In this document: positions 38,865 through 53,789 of the stretch, in pieces | How positions within the stretch are numbered: position 1 is the stretch's first letter | Layout: the number at the start of each line of letters is the position of its first letter | NCBI GenBank assembly: GCA_951406725.2 | Contig: OX597823.1 | Span: 26,184,001-26,308,000, forward strand | Length of the DNA: 124,000 nucleotides | Direction: 5' to 3' | Source: Octopus vulgaris | Lineage: Eukaryota | Program-made: the position numbers and the translations under genes | Notes under the pieces: generated by a model | Seen by the model: only the letters and a program-made list of their open reading frames with translations | Database searches by the model: none | Told to the model about the DNA's origin: nothing

Positions 38865-39690
38865 TCAGTAAGTTGAGAGTTAGCAATGAGTACAGCAACG
38901 AATTTAGTGTACAGGTGGGAGTTCACCAAGTCTCAGTCCCCTCCAATTCATCAATGTCCTCTAGACTATCACAGAGGCATTTAAGACTATTGCTCTTGGG
39001 AACTATTATATGCTGATGACCTGACCTCATTTTAATGGAATCTGTTGTAAAATTAGAAAAGAAATTCCAGGCATAGAAGCAAAACTTGGAATGAAAGGGA
39101 ATTAAAATTAACTTAGCAAAGACCAAATTTATAGTAGGCAGGAAAACAGGGAGGACTCTATTCCTTTCAGCTTAATGGCCCTGTTCAAGAGGAGGATGTT
39201 CTGAAAGTATTGTTGCCAGAATAAGAACAGGATGGAGAAAGTTCATAGAGCTATTATCCCTGTTGTTAACAAAAGTCGCTCTTGCTTAGAGTAAAAGGCA
39301 GATTGTATGATGCTTGTGTATGAACAGCAATGCTACCTGGGTCCTGAATGCAGAGGACCTGCAAAGACAAGAAAAAGAATGAAACTAATATGACCAGTGT
39401 GTATGTTGGACAAAATGCTACTGTGTTGAGAGGGAAAATGGGTATAAAAGGAATTGGGTGTGGGTAAGGGAGATGGCTGTACTGATATGGTCCTGTGATG
39501 CATATGGGTGTGAACAGCTTTATAAAGAAGTGCTGGTTACTAAATTCATGGCACTTGTGGAAGGAGACTCAAAGGAAACATGGGACAAAATGAAGGTTGA
39601 TCTCAAGATGCTGAGCCTTGTGGAAGAGATGACAAAGGACCAAGATGATGGGTGATTCATTGTGGTCAAGAAAACCCATCCATCATAGCA
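38865..39690 (+). mobile_element. RTE-clade LINE RT fragment including YADD
   Basis: EFSVQVGVHQ...ELLYADDL (YADD at ~39009-39020), followed by a degraded C-terminal region. Confidence 0.75.
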
Positions 39691-41619
39691 AAAGTGAGGT
39701 CTTAAAAGTATTATGCCTATGTCTTTATACTCACAGGGCCCTGCTTCTGCACCCTATCTGGTCCTGTCAAGTCTTCCCACCTCTCATATTCTTAACCCCA
39801 TCCCCACCATTCTTCTAACTTCAGTACTATTCAACTGCTGTAATCACATGAGAAAAGAATCTTCACAGTGCTACCAGCTAAATCCTCCTTTTCCTGGAAC
39901 CACTTTCTTTGAAACGCCATCTGTCATTCTCAATATCATCCTTTCCTACTTTGTTTTCTTTTGTACCTCCAGTTATTTCATCCTTTCTTCTGAGTTATAT
40001 CTTAAGACTGCCGTATCTCATTTTCATCATTCTCTCATGTCTGCCATTGGTGCACCCCACCTCTGTCTTCCTCATGTAGCCATCCCTATGTACCTCGGGC
40101 ATCCGTCTTTTGCTGTACATCTCACTCTCTCCCACCTCACACGTCATCTCCCTATTTTTTGATCTGTCAATATATTTAATATACTGCTGCTCTCCACTCT
40201 TCCTTTACTGCCACTTATCACAACTCCTTGAGTCTCTTGTATTTCTTTCACTGTCCATACCTTCAAAGATGTGTGAAACGAGTTCCCTTACTTGAGAAAC
40301 AGGTAAGGATAACTACAGGAAGGACATTCAGCTGTAAAATAATGCGTCAATATATTTGTCTAACCCATTCTAGCAGAAAAATTAACCAAAGAATACATCT
40401 ACACACACACTTGGTGCTCAAGTTTCTGTTGATAAAAAAAATTACAATGGAGAGTAAAAACTAATTCTTTTTTTTTCCCATCCAATTCTCCCTATCATTC
40501 AATCACTATCCATGTTCATATTGCTCTGAAAAATTACTTCTTATTGATAACTTGCTTTTGTCTCAATTTAAGTCTCACATAATACAATCCAAAATTAATC
40601 TTCAATTATCTTTCCTGGAAAAATGTAATTTTCTATAATTAACTCTGTCCAATCTTTTCATTTGCATCACATTAATTTTTTTTTTTCTCTTTTTCAATTA
40701 TCCTATATTATTTTCAATTACAAATGGTAAAGGTAACCATGTTGAATACCAATACCTCTGAATCTCAAACCAATGTGGGAAGGTCTACATGGTCAGTAGG
40801 CTTTCTAGAAATAGTTGTCAAATCTACTCCAATCACACAGTATGATTTTAAAATGGAAGAGGGGCTGTTAGAGAATATAATCATAGGTACATTGTTTGGA
40901 TAATAAATGAGATGGTCATAGCTGGAACATTTTTGGTCATAAATATGTTGGATGATAGGTGACCCAGAGTTAAATAACAAGAAAGGCTGGATTGGATAAT
41001 ATGGATACTTCAAATAAAACTGGGCGATCATAGATAAGTTTAAACAGAGTTGACCTTGGGTTAAACAACAACAGTGTTCGTGTGTGTGTGTGTGTGTGTG
41101 TGTGTGTTTATATGCAGAGGATTTACAAAGACTAAAAAGAAATGAGCATCCAAGCTCTGCTGGCTGTGTAACATTACATAATACGACTGCACGAATGCTT
41201 GAGTCTGATTAAGGTGTGAGAAAAATTGAACAGAAGAAGAATCCAGAGAAGTTTGTAAGAAAGAAGACTGCATTTGTATTGGTATTTGATATGTATAGAG
41301 GAAGACAGCTGTATAAAGAAAAATAGACCACAAGAAGACATGGATCTGAAGCTGTTGCATGTCATGGAGATGACAAAGAACTGTTGATTGGTGACATGCT
41401 GCATAGGAGAAAACTTGCCGGACTGCCCAAGCATTGCAAAACAGATGTTAAAATTAATTATATGTATTTTGTGTGTGATCATCATTTAATGTCTGCCTTC
41501 CATGTTGGCATGGGTTGGACGGTTTGACAGGAGCCAGCCAGGTAGAAGACTACACTACGCTTTTGTATCTGCTTTGGCATCTATTAATATGTATGTAATG
41601 TATATCATCATCATCATTT

Positions 41620-42470
41620 AATGTCCATTGTCCATGCTGGCATGCTGGAAGGCTGCACCAGACTCCAGTCTGATTTGGCATGGTTTTCTACGGCTGGATG
41701 CCCTTCCTAACACCAACCACTCCGAGTGTAATAGGTGCTTTTGCGTGCTACTGGCATGGGTGCCATTTGTGTGACACCGGGGTGTGTTTACGTGCCAGTT
41801 TGCATGACACTGGTATCTGCCACAACTGCGGTTTTGCTTGGCTTGATGGGTCTTTTCAAGCACGGCATAATACTAAAGGATTTGGTCATTGCCTCCATGA
41901 GGCCCAATGCTTGAAACTCAGCCACTTTACTTCCGTGAGGCCCAACATTCAAAAGATGTTCTTTATGTGCCACCAGCATGGGTGCACTTGGCTTGACGGA
42001 TCCTCTCAAGCACAGCACATCACCAAAAGTCTCAGTTACCAGTCATTACCTCTGTGAGGCTCAAAGTTCGAAGCTCATGCTTCACCACCTCGTCCTATGT
42101 CTTCTTGGTTCTACCTCTACCACAGGTTCCCTCCACAGTTAGAGATTGGCACTTCTTTACACAGCTGTCCTCATCCATACGCATCACATGGCCAAACCAA
42201 CACAGTCGTCTCTCTTGCACACCACATCTGATTCCTCTCATGCCTCTTAAGATGCTTACTAGCTGTCGAACATGCACACTGACATTGCACACCCAGTGAA
42301 GCATACTGGCTTCATTTCTTTCAAGCCTATGCATATCCTCAGCTGTCATAGCCCATGTTTCACTGCCATGCAGCATAACTATTCGCAGACAGGCATCAAG
42401 CAATCTGCCTTTCACTCTGAGAAAGAGGCACTTTGTTGCCAGCAGCGGTAGCTCTCTGAACTTTGCACAC
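41620..42470 (-). mobile_element. RTE-clade LINE 3' end with 3' UTR
   Basis: KFRELPLL...RVKGRLLDACLRIVMLHGSETW...RRLCWFGHVMRMDEDSCVKKC...GRGRTKKTW, then the ggcatccagccgtagaaa...(GAT)n 3' UTR. Confidence 0.85.
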
Positions 42471-42689
42471 ACACAAAATAGGTGCAGGTATGGCTGTGTG
42501 GTTAAGAAGCTTGTTTCCTGACCATGGGGTCTGGAGTTCAATCTCAATGCACGGTACAGCACCAACCCTAATATGCTAAAGCCTTCTGAGTAGATTTGAT
42601 GAACAAATTAAAAGAAACCTACCCATAGTGTGTAGTTGAGTGAAAAGTTTTTTGTATTTCAAGCTTTAATAGTTCAAACAAATCACGTA

Positions 42690-43610
42690 TGAAAAGCATT
42701 TTTATTCATCAAAATATATCATGTCACATTCTGTTGTCTGTTGCTGTCTTTGTACCAGAAACTCAATTCTACACTTATACCATTTGATTGGTTTAGAAGC
42801 GAAAAAAACTCCCTGCACCTGTTTTCAACCTCCTCCACATTGTTAAACCTCTTTTTGTACAGGAAATGAACCATGACTTGGAAAGGGTGGTAATCTGATG
42901 GTGCATGATCTGGACTGTAGGCAGGGTGAGGCAGCACTTCAAGTTGCTCGAGTTTGTCCTTGGTCCCATTGACAGTTTTTGCTGGGGCATGGTCATACTG
43001 TAGGAGTGCGTTCTTTGATTGACCAATGCCTTCAAAGCATTAGATGCTCATTGCAGTTGCTAAGCATAAATGTTAGCATTCACAGCATGGCCTGAGACTA
43101 ATACAAAGTGCAACCCCACCTCAAAATTCCACCAGACATATTGTTTGAACTCCCCTTGTTTGACATCAGGTTCTGAAGCTTAGTCAGAATGAACCTATTA
43201 CAAAAATAGATCCATTTTTCATCCCCAGTTACAATTCAACTCCAAAAATGGGCATCTTGTGGATTTGCCAGAAGTTGTTTGCAAATGTTCACATGTTGTT
43301 GAGCCTAATCGTTGGCCAGTTCATGAGGGGTTTCTCAACAGCATCTGTTTACAAAGCTGAGCTTATAGAGATGTCAGTTGAAGGTGCTTTGCGAAGGACT
43401 GAAATCTGACAACAATGTATGAGTGTTTGTGCCTGATCTTGATTTGTATTTGAGGCTAGTGTCACCTTCCTTGCAATGTCTTAATCAGTTTTGTGCCACA
43501 CATTTGTTGACAGTTCCTGGACCTTCCTCATCGTTAATTTCTTTTGCTACTGCCCTTGCACTCAGTCCTTTTTTCCCACAGGTAGTGTAAAATGGCCCTG
43601 ACTGCAATTT
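42690..43610 (-). mobile_element. Mariner transposase relic
   Basis: LPHPAYSPDHAPSDYHPF (mariner YSPDLAPxDY motif) followed by KRFNNVEEVENRCREFF; frameshifted. Confidence 0.8.
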
Positions 43611-43661
43611 TTTTTGCCACTCATTATCAATGCTGTAAAATAAAAAATAAACAAATATGGA

Positions 43662-43874
43662 TTACTCTTTTTACTCTTTTATTTGTTTGAGTCATTTGAC
43701 TGCAGCTATGCTGGAGCACCGCCTTTAGTTGAACAAACTTACCCCAGAACTTATTCTTTGTAAGCCTAGTACCTATTCTATTGGACTCTTTAGCTGAACT
43801 GCTAAGTTACGGGGCCGTAGACACACCAGCATCAGTTGTCAAGTGATGGTGGAGGGACAAACACAGACACAAGC

Positions 43875-43965
<91 letters not shown>

Positions 43966-44115
43966 ACAGGCTTCTTTCAGTTTTTGTCTACGAAATCCAC
44001 TTACAAGGCTTTGGTCAGCCTGAGACTATAGCAGAAGACACTTGCCCAAGTGGGACTGAACCCAGAACCATGTGGTTGGTAAGCAAGCTACTTACCACAC
44101 AGCCATTCCTGTGCC
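43662..44115 (-). mobile_element. SINE S1 full-length copy
   Basis: Same head, body and tail; internal (CA)n. Confidence 0.8.
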
Positions 44116-45028
44116 TATGTTATATATGAAAGTAAAGAATAAACAGTTTAGCAACAATTGGACAAGTTATATCAAATTAATGGAGATATAAGTGTTAAGG
44201 TCATCTCAACAGATTTTCTAAAGAAATTATAGCCAGCACAGATTTCGTCACAACGTTTCTCATTGTTTGTTTACATCTGACATCTCACATACAAAAAAAA
44301 ACATCAGTGCTCTCTATAATTTGTATAGAAAATCTGTAGATATGACCTTAATATGTGATTTAAGTGCACTGCTAACACAGTAGTACATGGTATTGACTTA
44401 TAAAACCGTTTATTATATTTTGTAGAATATTATGGTTGCACAATGAAACACCGTGTCATTAATGGAGATACAAGTTGCCAAAAATCATCAGTGAAAATCC
44501 AAAGAAAACTTTTGACTCAAACTTGTGTGTGTGTATGTGTACCCTTGTCTGGGTTTCATGTGATTGTTGTAAACCCACATCACTGTCATACAAGTGATGG
44601 CTGTTTGTTTCCAGTTTTCCATGAAATATTACCTTCCTTGGAACAGGTAAGGATTGGTGGCAGCAATGATATGCAGCCATAGGAAATCTGTCTCAGCAAA
44701 TTCTGTCCAACCCATGCAAATGTGGTAAAGTGTATGTTAAATGATGATATGTATGTGTGCATATATATTTAGAGCTATCTTTAGATGTGTTTAGATGGAC
44801 ATGTATATGTGTATGTGTGTATATGTATACAGACACTCAAATAGTATCAGTAATGATCTGTCATCTCTTTTACATCTTATCACCTCCCCCTACCCCACTA
44901 TCTCTTGGTCCCTTATCACTTTCCCCTCTAGTACTTATCCCCCATATGTATCAGCCTGCCATTCATGTCTTTAAATTACTTTGCTACTCAAACCTTTAGC
45001 ACTTCTGCTCCTATTACTTATCTTCTAA

Positions 45029-45079
<51 letters not shown>

Positions 45080-48000
45080 TCTGTTTGTACTATGCTGCCT
45101 CTAATTAATGATGGTGGGTGTCTTTTGTATGTTACCTCCAAGTGTCACTAGTGATTCCACTGGACTTCACACCCTAGCGCTCTCTTCTCTCTCGATGTAT
45201 ATGTACTAGGGACCTCAATGAGTATGTGTCATACACTGTATCTCTATACTTCCAACAACTATTTGGCATCAGTATCCATCATTCTCGCTTGTTTAGCTAC
45301 CTTTTGCTATTCATCTTGCTTTCACTCCTATCCTATCTGATGCTGCTGGTGCCATGGTGAAATGCTCTTTAAAATATGAGTCACGATAACCTTTTAGTCT
45401 TGTTGAAGACATGGCAGCATCACTGATACAAACCACAGGAAAAAGTGCACCTAGTCCTCTCTGTAAAATGGCTGGCATTAGGAAGGGTATCCAACCATAG
45501 AAACAATGCTGAAGATGAAACTCACGAGTGAGATGTGGAGTTTTTTTATTCTTCTAGGAGAGCAGCAGTAGTATAGCCAACTCATGCCAGCATGAAAACA
45601 GTCATAAATCAATGATGATGGTATCTTGCTGTATCAACTGTGAAGAGTAAGATGTAGTTACCTCTTCTTGTGCTGAGCCTACCTTTGTTTCAATTACTAA
45701 TTGTCACAACATTTTATTTACATTACTGATACATTTGTTAAAGGCACAAAATCACATATTCTTATTCTCTTACCCACTCAGTCATCTATAAACCCTGGAG
45801 ATGCTTACATATGTAAAAAGTCACTCTACATGCATGTGTTGTATGTGTGTGTGTGTTCCAATAGTAATTTATTAATAGTGGGGTTTCTTTGTGTTTCTTA
45901 TTTCTTATTTAGTAGAATATTATAAATAAGTTTGTTGAGGATTAATATTGAACAAAGAATAAATTTTTATGTAAGTTTAGTAGAGCAGTCAGTTAGCAGA
46001 ATTATTAGTGTTGGACAAAATGCATTGTAGTATTTAGTTACAGTTCTTTATTTACTGTAATCAAATCACATTGTTCTTAACTTAGCCTATAATTCTTTTG
46101 GGGTTGATAAAATGAAGTACCAGACAAGTACTAGAGTTAATTTAATCAACAATACTGTGTCCTACAACTTGTGGGTTTGTTACTACTGTATAAGAGATCT
46201 GTATGCAAACTATAGTATTGATGCAGGTACAAAGGACATATGGAAGACTATTAAAAGTAAATGTTTTATGTAGTGTGGTCAATTAAATACTTAGTCCTCC
46301 CTCTGTTTATGTATATATATATATATATATATCTACCTCTTTATTGTTGCTATTAATTAGGTGGAAGGGGCATGAGGCACTTAGGAACTTTGAATGCCTA
46401 GCTAGACTGATGACAACACTAGTTCGGAAAAGGAAGGATTGAGCTAAGTGTTTAGTGCTCATTGTTGTGTGAGACACTTTTGGATGACAAAAGCAAAAAT
46501 GAAAGATACATCATATTTAGTCTCTGGTCATCCCTGATTAAGCAGATCCGTCAGCAACAGGTTTCCAGCTATGACCATGCTATCTTTTTCCTATGTGCAG
46601 AGACACTGAGCCAAATTATCCTATGTGTCTTTCTAAGATAGTGGGGTGTGATTTGAGGAAGATTTTGCTATTGTTTCTAGCAGGTTGAGCAACTACATAG
46701 AGGCTCCCTTGTTGGTACATCAGATAGGCTTGAGTGGTGGTGGTGATGATGATGATGATGATGATAGTATGAAGCTTGTTGGTTCTGATTAGTTGGACCA
46801 TTTAGCGTGTTTCTAGTTTAATGGCTACTGTTTGTTGGTAAGTGAGCTTTAATAATCAACTGGAGGTATTTTTCATTCAAGAAACAAACCTAATTTAAAT
46901 GTAATTTAATCTATACTTACAGAGCTTTAGGTGTGACACTATTTTTGACTGTGCATGCTTTTAGCAGACTTCTTTTGTTGCAAATATTCAAAGTAAAATC
47001 CTGTCCGTTTTCTTTTCTTTCTCATATTGACTTAAACATCTGCACCGATTCCACCATTCTGGGTCCACATCCTTAGTCAGTTAACTTAGAAGTATCTGAA
47101 ATGATAATTAGTAAATCATTAAGTGAATTGCTCATGTGTGAGCAATTAAAGCACTTTTAGAACTAGGGTCTTCAATTGTTTTTAGAACTGGTTGCCCTTC
47201 TTACCATTAACAACTCAGTTGTGAATCTGCCTACTTTTGTTCAGTCAAGTAAACTGGAGCAAGGTGAATGAACTACCTTTCTGGGGGGGTCAAAGACAGT
47301 TCTAGCAAGTTTCATTCTATGTAAATGTATTAATGAGCTTGCCCTTTAACACTTTATCTCAAGAGCCATTGCTGGTTTTGTAATATTAAACAAATAAGAG
47401 ATAAATCTATAATCTCACCTCATTTAAGACATCACTCCCATCTAAAGCAGTAATATTGATTTGGTTGTTTCTGCTTTCTATGTGGATTGAGGTGTGAAAA
47501 ACTAAGTAGCAAACACACATTGTGGCACCAATTAATTTGGACTTGGGAATAGACACAGGCATCCTAGTGTTCATCCAAAGAGTTTTAAAAATGCTACATG
47601 ATGTATTGGTGTAAAGTTGCTCAGAAACATTCCAACCTCTAGCTCGCAGATAAACTGTCTCCTCTCGCTGTCCTTTCTACTGCAACTACAGTGGTCTCAT
47701 AGACATTGACTGGCTCGTTTCCTGCCGCTTCTATTCATGCACATCCCACGCTCTTGCTTCTCCTCCTCTTATCACTTATATGGTGTCGAACCCACCACCC
47801 CAGTCTTCCCAGAACAGCTTTCTGGAATTCCCTCCTTTTACACATTTTCCTTCCAACCATTGACTTGCAACAGCTTGCACAGAATATTAACAATATCAGT
47901 CTCATTGGTCTTGGAGCACTGTTCCTTCCTTCATATTAAACTTACAAAAGTAAATAAAAAAAAACGATTGGTAATTCATTGCAATATCGACTTAGTCCGT

Positions 48001-50442
48001 TTTTACCTAGAGTATTTAATATGGAGTAAGTAGTGTTTGCATTCAGTTTGGAGGAGCAAAAGCTGTAGTCGTACTAATTGAAATGACAGACACAGCTATT
48101 ACAAAGCATTAGATGTAGTATGGCATTAAATGAAGGTTTGCCTGTCAGGTATTCAGTCTTTATACCTTGGATGCTGCATATAATTTGTGTACACACATGT
48201 CTGCTTGCACATATACATGTGTGTGTGTGTGTGGTCGAGGTCATGTCTTCATTGAAGAAAAAAAAATCTTTTTGTTTATTTATTTTTGAAGAACATTTGC
48301 GCTATAAGAAGTCGGTTGCTTTTCAAATCTGAAGTATTTTCTGACTTTGAAAAGGAAGGAAACCCTACCTTTGTGATGCAGTCCTGGTTATGTAAAGAAT
48401 GTACGGCTGCTATGAAAGGTCAACACAAATTGTAAGACCTTAGCATTTGCAGGGAATCTGATGAATTACAACAAATAGAGGTGATGGGTTGTTTGGAGTG
48501 AGTGTGGGTGTGTGTTTCCAGTTAACAATGTTGGGAAAATTTTTAACCAATTGTTACTTGTTTGCTTTTTTTTTTGTTTTTATTTTGATCTTAGGAAGTC
48601 TTATTTCTTGGTGTATTTAGTTAGTTAATTTTTTAAAATTTTATTATTTATTTTTTCAGCATTACATTTCGGATTTATTTTTCACAGTTCTGAGATCAAA
48701 TGCACTCAGGGCATAATTTTACTTCCTGCCTTTCCTTTAGGATGACTTGTGATGTTTTGTCACGTTTCTCTTGAGTTCACGTCCTACAAGGATTGGTTTT
48801 TGCTTTCATCCTTTTGGGGTTGATAAAAGGCCACAGGTTTTGGAAAGAGTTAAAATTGGTTAAATCGATACCTGTGAGATTTAGCTGATTTTTCTATTTC
48901 TTTTTCATTTTCATCTTGCAATATGTGAACAGGATTGTTGGTTGCAGGCTTCTAATGGGACAATCACTGGTTCACTGCATTTCTGAAAGCAAAAGTGACA
49001 AGGGATTGTCTAATTGGATATTTCAATGGACCTTGTTCACAAAGTACTGATTTTTCAGTTTTCTTGCTGGTGTTTATCTTTTGCTACTAAATTCCACTAT
49101 CTCTTCTGCTGCTACTGCTTTTAGAACAGTGTATGATATTCTGTTTTATTAGGCTACGTTCTGTTCAGTATAAACCCACTTGAATAATTTCTTTAAAAAA
49201 GTTTCTGCCCTTTCTAAAAGTGTCAATATTCACTTTTCAGTTCTACTCACAATAACCCACCTGAAATTCTCTTGCTAGTCATGCCACCTACTCCAATCTA
49301 ATTACTGTCCTTCAACTAAGCTTTAATTAACTATCTAACTTCACCCAATTATCTCAGAATAAGACCTTAGACAAAGGTATATCTTAAGTATTTGCTATTT
49401 AATAAATATATAATGTATTGGTAGAGTTGTTATAGCATCAAATAAACTCTTTATAATATTCATTCTGACTTTTTTGCAGTCTTGGTTCAAATCCTAGTAA
49501 GGTCAGGTTTGTTTTTCATCCTTTCAGGGTTTGTAAAAAAAGTATCAATCCGTGTTGGTGGTTTGGCAGACAGAATGCCTTGTAATATCTATTCCAGCTC
49601 ATCACTTTTTGAATTCCTATTTTGCTATGGCCCATTTGAGTGACAGATTAAATCTGTTGCCTGGTTTAACACATTTGTTGAAATACATTATCTTTGTTTC
49701 AATTAATTTTGAAAATAAATTTAGTGAAATAGCGTTGTCATTTAATAATGAAGTTATTTTACTAAATTCATGTTTGTGACTTAAATGAGAGAAGGTTTTA
49801 ATTTAAATCACTTTAAGACAAAGTTTGTATCATAGAACCAGGAGCAGTCTCAGGCAGGTTTATAACAAAAAAATTAACACCAATACTTGGCACTACTTGT
49901 GTGCTTTTAGCAGTCTATTCTGTTGTAAATGTTCTTGCTATGTCTCTGGTTTGAGGATAACTCACTCCTTCCCCACCAGTCTTTACAAATGCCTTATAGT
50001 GACATGAGCATTGGCTTCCTTCCTCACTAAAAGGTTAAAAAAAGGAAACTACCACAATGTAGTAGTGTTAAAGGTGCCAGTGGGTGGACTGTGTGAGACT
50101 ATTTTCAATTCCTGTTTGTAGATATGCTACCCACTTATGACCTTGGTAGTGTTATCAACTATCTTGACTACCTAAAGAATGAATTGGTGGGGTGAGAGGA
50201 GTTTGGTGGATATCTGTCCTTACAAAGGGTCCAGCTATTCACATAAGATCATCTCATTAGTGTGTTAGGAGTGGAGGAGTAACTATAATTGTATTTGTGT
50301 ACACATACATGTACACTTGAGTGGTGTATATGTAATGTATGTTTGTGCATGCATGCTTCTATATTTATTGTGTGTATGTATGAATATATATATATATATA
50401 TATATATTAGCATGGAAAACGGATGCTAAACGATGATGATGA

Positions 50443-50491
<49 letters not shown>

Positions 50492-53400
50492 CATGCATAT
50501 ACATATTTTGGTGTAATTATGTATGTATGTGTGTGCAAACAGATTTGTGTAAGAAGATCCAGGTATGAACATATGCACACACATATGATTATCTAAAATT
50601 TATGGGTCTTATAGAGCTGAACACGAGGTGCCAACAAGTTACCTTGCAGCACACTTTCTAAATATTCTATTTTCAAACTCATAAATTCAGTTCATCAGGC
50701 CTTTGCTCAGCATTTAGCTAGAGCTTTCTTTCTCTGCTAAGGACTATCCAACACAGACATTGTTAGCATAACCTACTTCGTTAGTAGATTTTACCTTTCT
50801 AGTTTGATTGTCTTGTCACTTCTAATGAGTTGATGCCAGCAATTTGTGGAGAAACACTCTGCTGATTTCACTGACTCTCCAGCTTGTAGCTGAAGATGGC
50901 ATTTCATTGTTATGTTTGTTTCATGTGGGAGGTTAGTTCTTTCAGAATTCAAATTATGTGTGTGTGTCTCTGTTTGTTTATATTCCTGTGGATGTATGTA
51001 TATTGCTATATCTGTTTGTTCTTACATACACACACACACACACACACACTACATATTCGCGTAGGCACAACTGGGGAGTGAAAACGAAATAGTCAAACAT
51101 ATGACTTTAATTAACATACTTGTTGAGTTGATAATTAGTAATTGCAACACCTTTCAAAGAGGAGTAACTAATTAATCTCTATCAGTATCCAGCCAATATG
51201 AAGTTATGCAATCTCAGAATTGTTTATTTATTTATTATTGTTGTTATTAATCCTTTATAGCTATTCAGCCTTTTAGCTAAGATCAAAGTGTAGTGGTGTT
51301 GGCGTTATTATTATTATTATTATTATTATCATAGTCTTATTGTTATTGTGTGCTTTCATTACATAATCAAGTGCAATATTGTTATTGTGTACTTTCTGTG
51401 CACAGTGGGAACTTCTTTTCCTTTCTTTCTTTTTTACTAGTTTCAATAATTGCATTGCGACCATGCTGGGGTATCACCTTCAGTCAGTTTGAATTAATCA
51501 TATCAACCCTTGTATTTTGCCTAGTCATTATTTCAACATTCTTGTATGGTACAAAATAGAAAATAGAACATTTGGCATGAGTAGATAACAAGTTGAGTAT
51601 GAATACCACAGGCTATTTCTGTTTAAATGTACCAGTTTTTCCCCCATTGTTCAAATTTTTCTTAAGAAGTATTGGTCAACCTGAGATTATGGTAAAAACA
51701 TTTGCCTAGTGTTGTAGGATTGAACCAGGAACCACATGATTGCAAAGCATCTTGAGCAAGTGCTTTCTATTATAACCCCAGGCCAACCAAAGCCTTGTGA
51801 GTGGATTTGATTGATAGAAACTGAAAGAAGCTTTGTGTGTATGTGTGTGTGTTACTGTTTCCTTGCTTTGGCATCATATGACAGTTGTAAATGAGTCTCA
51901 CCACTGTGCAAGTGTTGTCTTTCATTTCCAATCTTCTGTGAAAACATGTCTGGTCATGGGGAAATATTACTTCATTTGGGAAACAGGTGAGGTTTGGTGA
52001 CAGGAAGAGCATTCAGCTGTAGAAGAGTGGACATTGAAATGATGATGATGCAAAAGGGCTGTATGTAAAATGTCATTCTACTGAAAAGGGCCACTGAGCT
52101 ACAAAGGCTGAGAATCACAGGTCTAAAAACTAATTCTGGGCTGGAGGTGTATCAGCCTTTGGATAACACCGGTGGCTTGGAAAGGGGAGGCTGGTATGCA
52201 TGGGCAACTGCTAGTCTTCGATAAACAACCTTGCCTGGACTTGTGCTTTGGAGGGGAACTTTCTAGGTACAATCCTATGGTCATTCATGACCGAAGGGGT
52301 CTTTACCCCCCCCCCCTTTTTTTTTAAGCATAAAAACAATTAGTAAATTAAATGTAAATTAAATGATTTCTTTACATTAGTACCATTCCACATATTCATA
52401 CAAGAGTGAGTTATAGTTGATTGAATCAACCCTTCTTATTTTATCATATCATCCAGTGAGTAGTGAAAAGTCCCTTGATCCTTCCAGTGGAGTCAAATTT
52501 GTTGCAAGCATTCAGAATAGGTTTCCAGTATAAGAAAAAAAATTTCTTTCCTTCCACCAGTTTTGGAGGTCCTGAATAAAGGTAGTAGGTGCTATTCTTC
52601 TTTCTTTGGGTAAAATACATATAAAATATAGTTGGGCTATGGGATTTGAACTTAAAATGTAAACATTATTATCATCGTGAAGTATATTTACCATCTAAAT
52701 ATGGCTAACTCCTAAGGGTGGATACTACTGTAGCTTGTAGCCCCAGGAGGACACCTCCTCCAGCTGGCTATTGACACACTTTCTGTGCCCTATCAGTATT
52801 TGCAAAGGGAAGCCATCCTTCCTGTCTTCAACCTATGATACACACAGACTCGAGTTTCTGGGTATTGACCCGTCATCAACGTATGACAATCACAGTTGTC
52901 GATGAAAAGTAGGTTCCCTTTGCAAATATATATCCTTTTTCCAGTGACGTAGAGACACTGATATCGAAAAAGTGTAAACAAGCAATAATACATCTCAGAG
53001 CGAGTTATAAACATCATCATTTAATGCCAAAATTCCCATGCTGGCATAGGTTGGATGGTTTGAAAGGAGCTGGTAAGTTGGAGAGCTGCACCAAGTTCCA
53101 TTTGTCTGTTTTGGCTTGGTTTCTATGGCTAGATGCCCTTCCTAACACCAACCACTTTACAGAGTGTACTTGGTGTCTTTTAAGTGTCACTGGCATGGGT
53201 GCCTTTTACGTTGCCTGATGCATTACTATTTCTGCTACTGCAGCACCTAAATAAATAAGGATTCCTTTACACACGGTGTACTTTTATATAATACAAAGTA
53301 TTTTGGATTGTCTTCCATTCCTTATATTTCTATGAACCAATAAGGGAGCCAGACAATGACCTTTTAGATGATTTAGTACTAGATAAGATACTTCAATAAA

Positions 53401-53789
53401 ATATTTGATGATCATGTCTGGATCGCTTTTGACTTGGGGTTAAACAATGGCAGCAGTAAAGTGGCAGGATTATCAGAAAATTTTGTTGAGGAATGTAGAT
53501 GTTTTATTGGCTTGGTTAGAGTATGTAGGACTTATTTTCAAACCAGAGATTTGGTCCAAATGTTTGCAATGTAGTGGATTGTGCTAATAGTACCCAAATA
53601 TCAGTAAATAGAGCCATGGATTAATTTTATCATTTAAGATCAGGAACCCTGACAGATTTCCAAGGTTTCTACTTACCAAGTTTCGTTTACAGGCTTCAGT
53701 TGACCTGAATTTATGGTGGAAGCCACTTGACCTAGGTGCCGTATATAAGGATCAAACACAAAACCACACAAGACACCCTAGATAAAAAT

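Noticed and set aside
52138-52157. ggctggaggtgtatcagcc resembling the hammerhead stem II
   Set aside because: It aligns to the ordinary S4 SINE body (compare 28381-28635) and has no catalytic boxes; the resemblance is coincidental.
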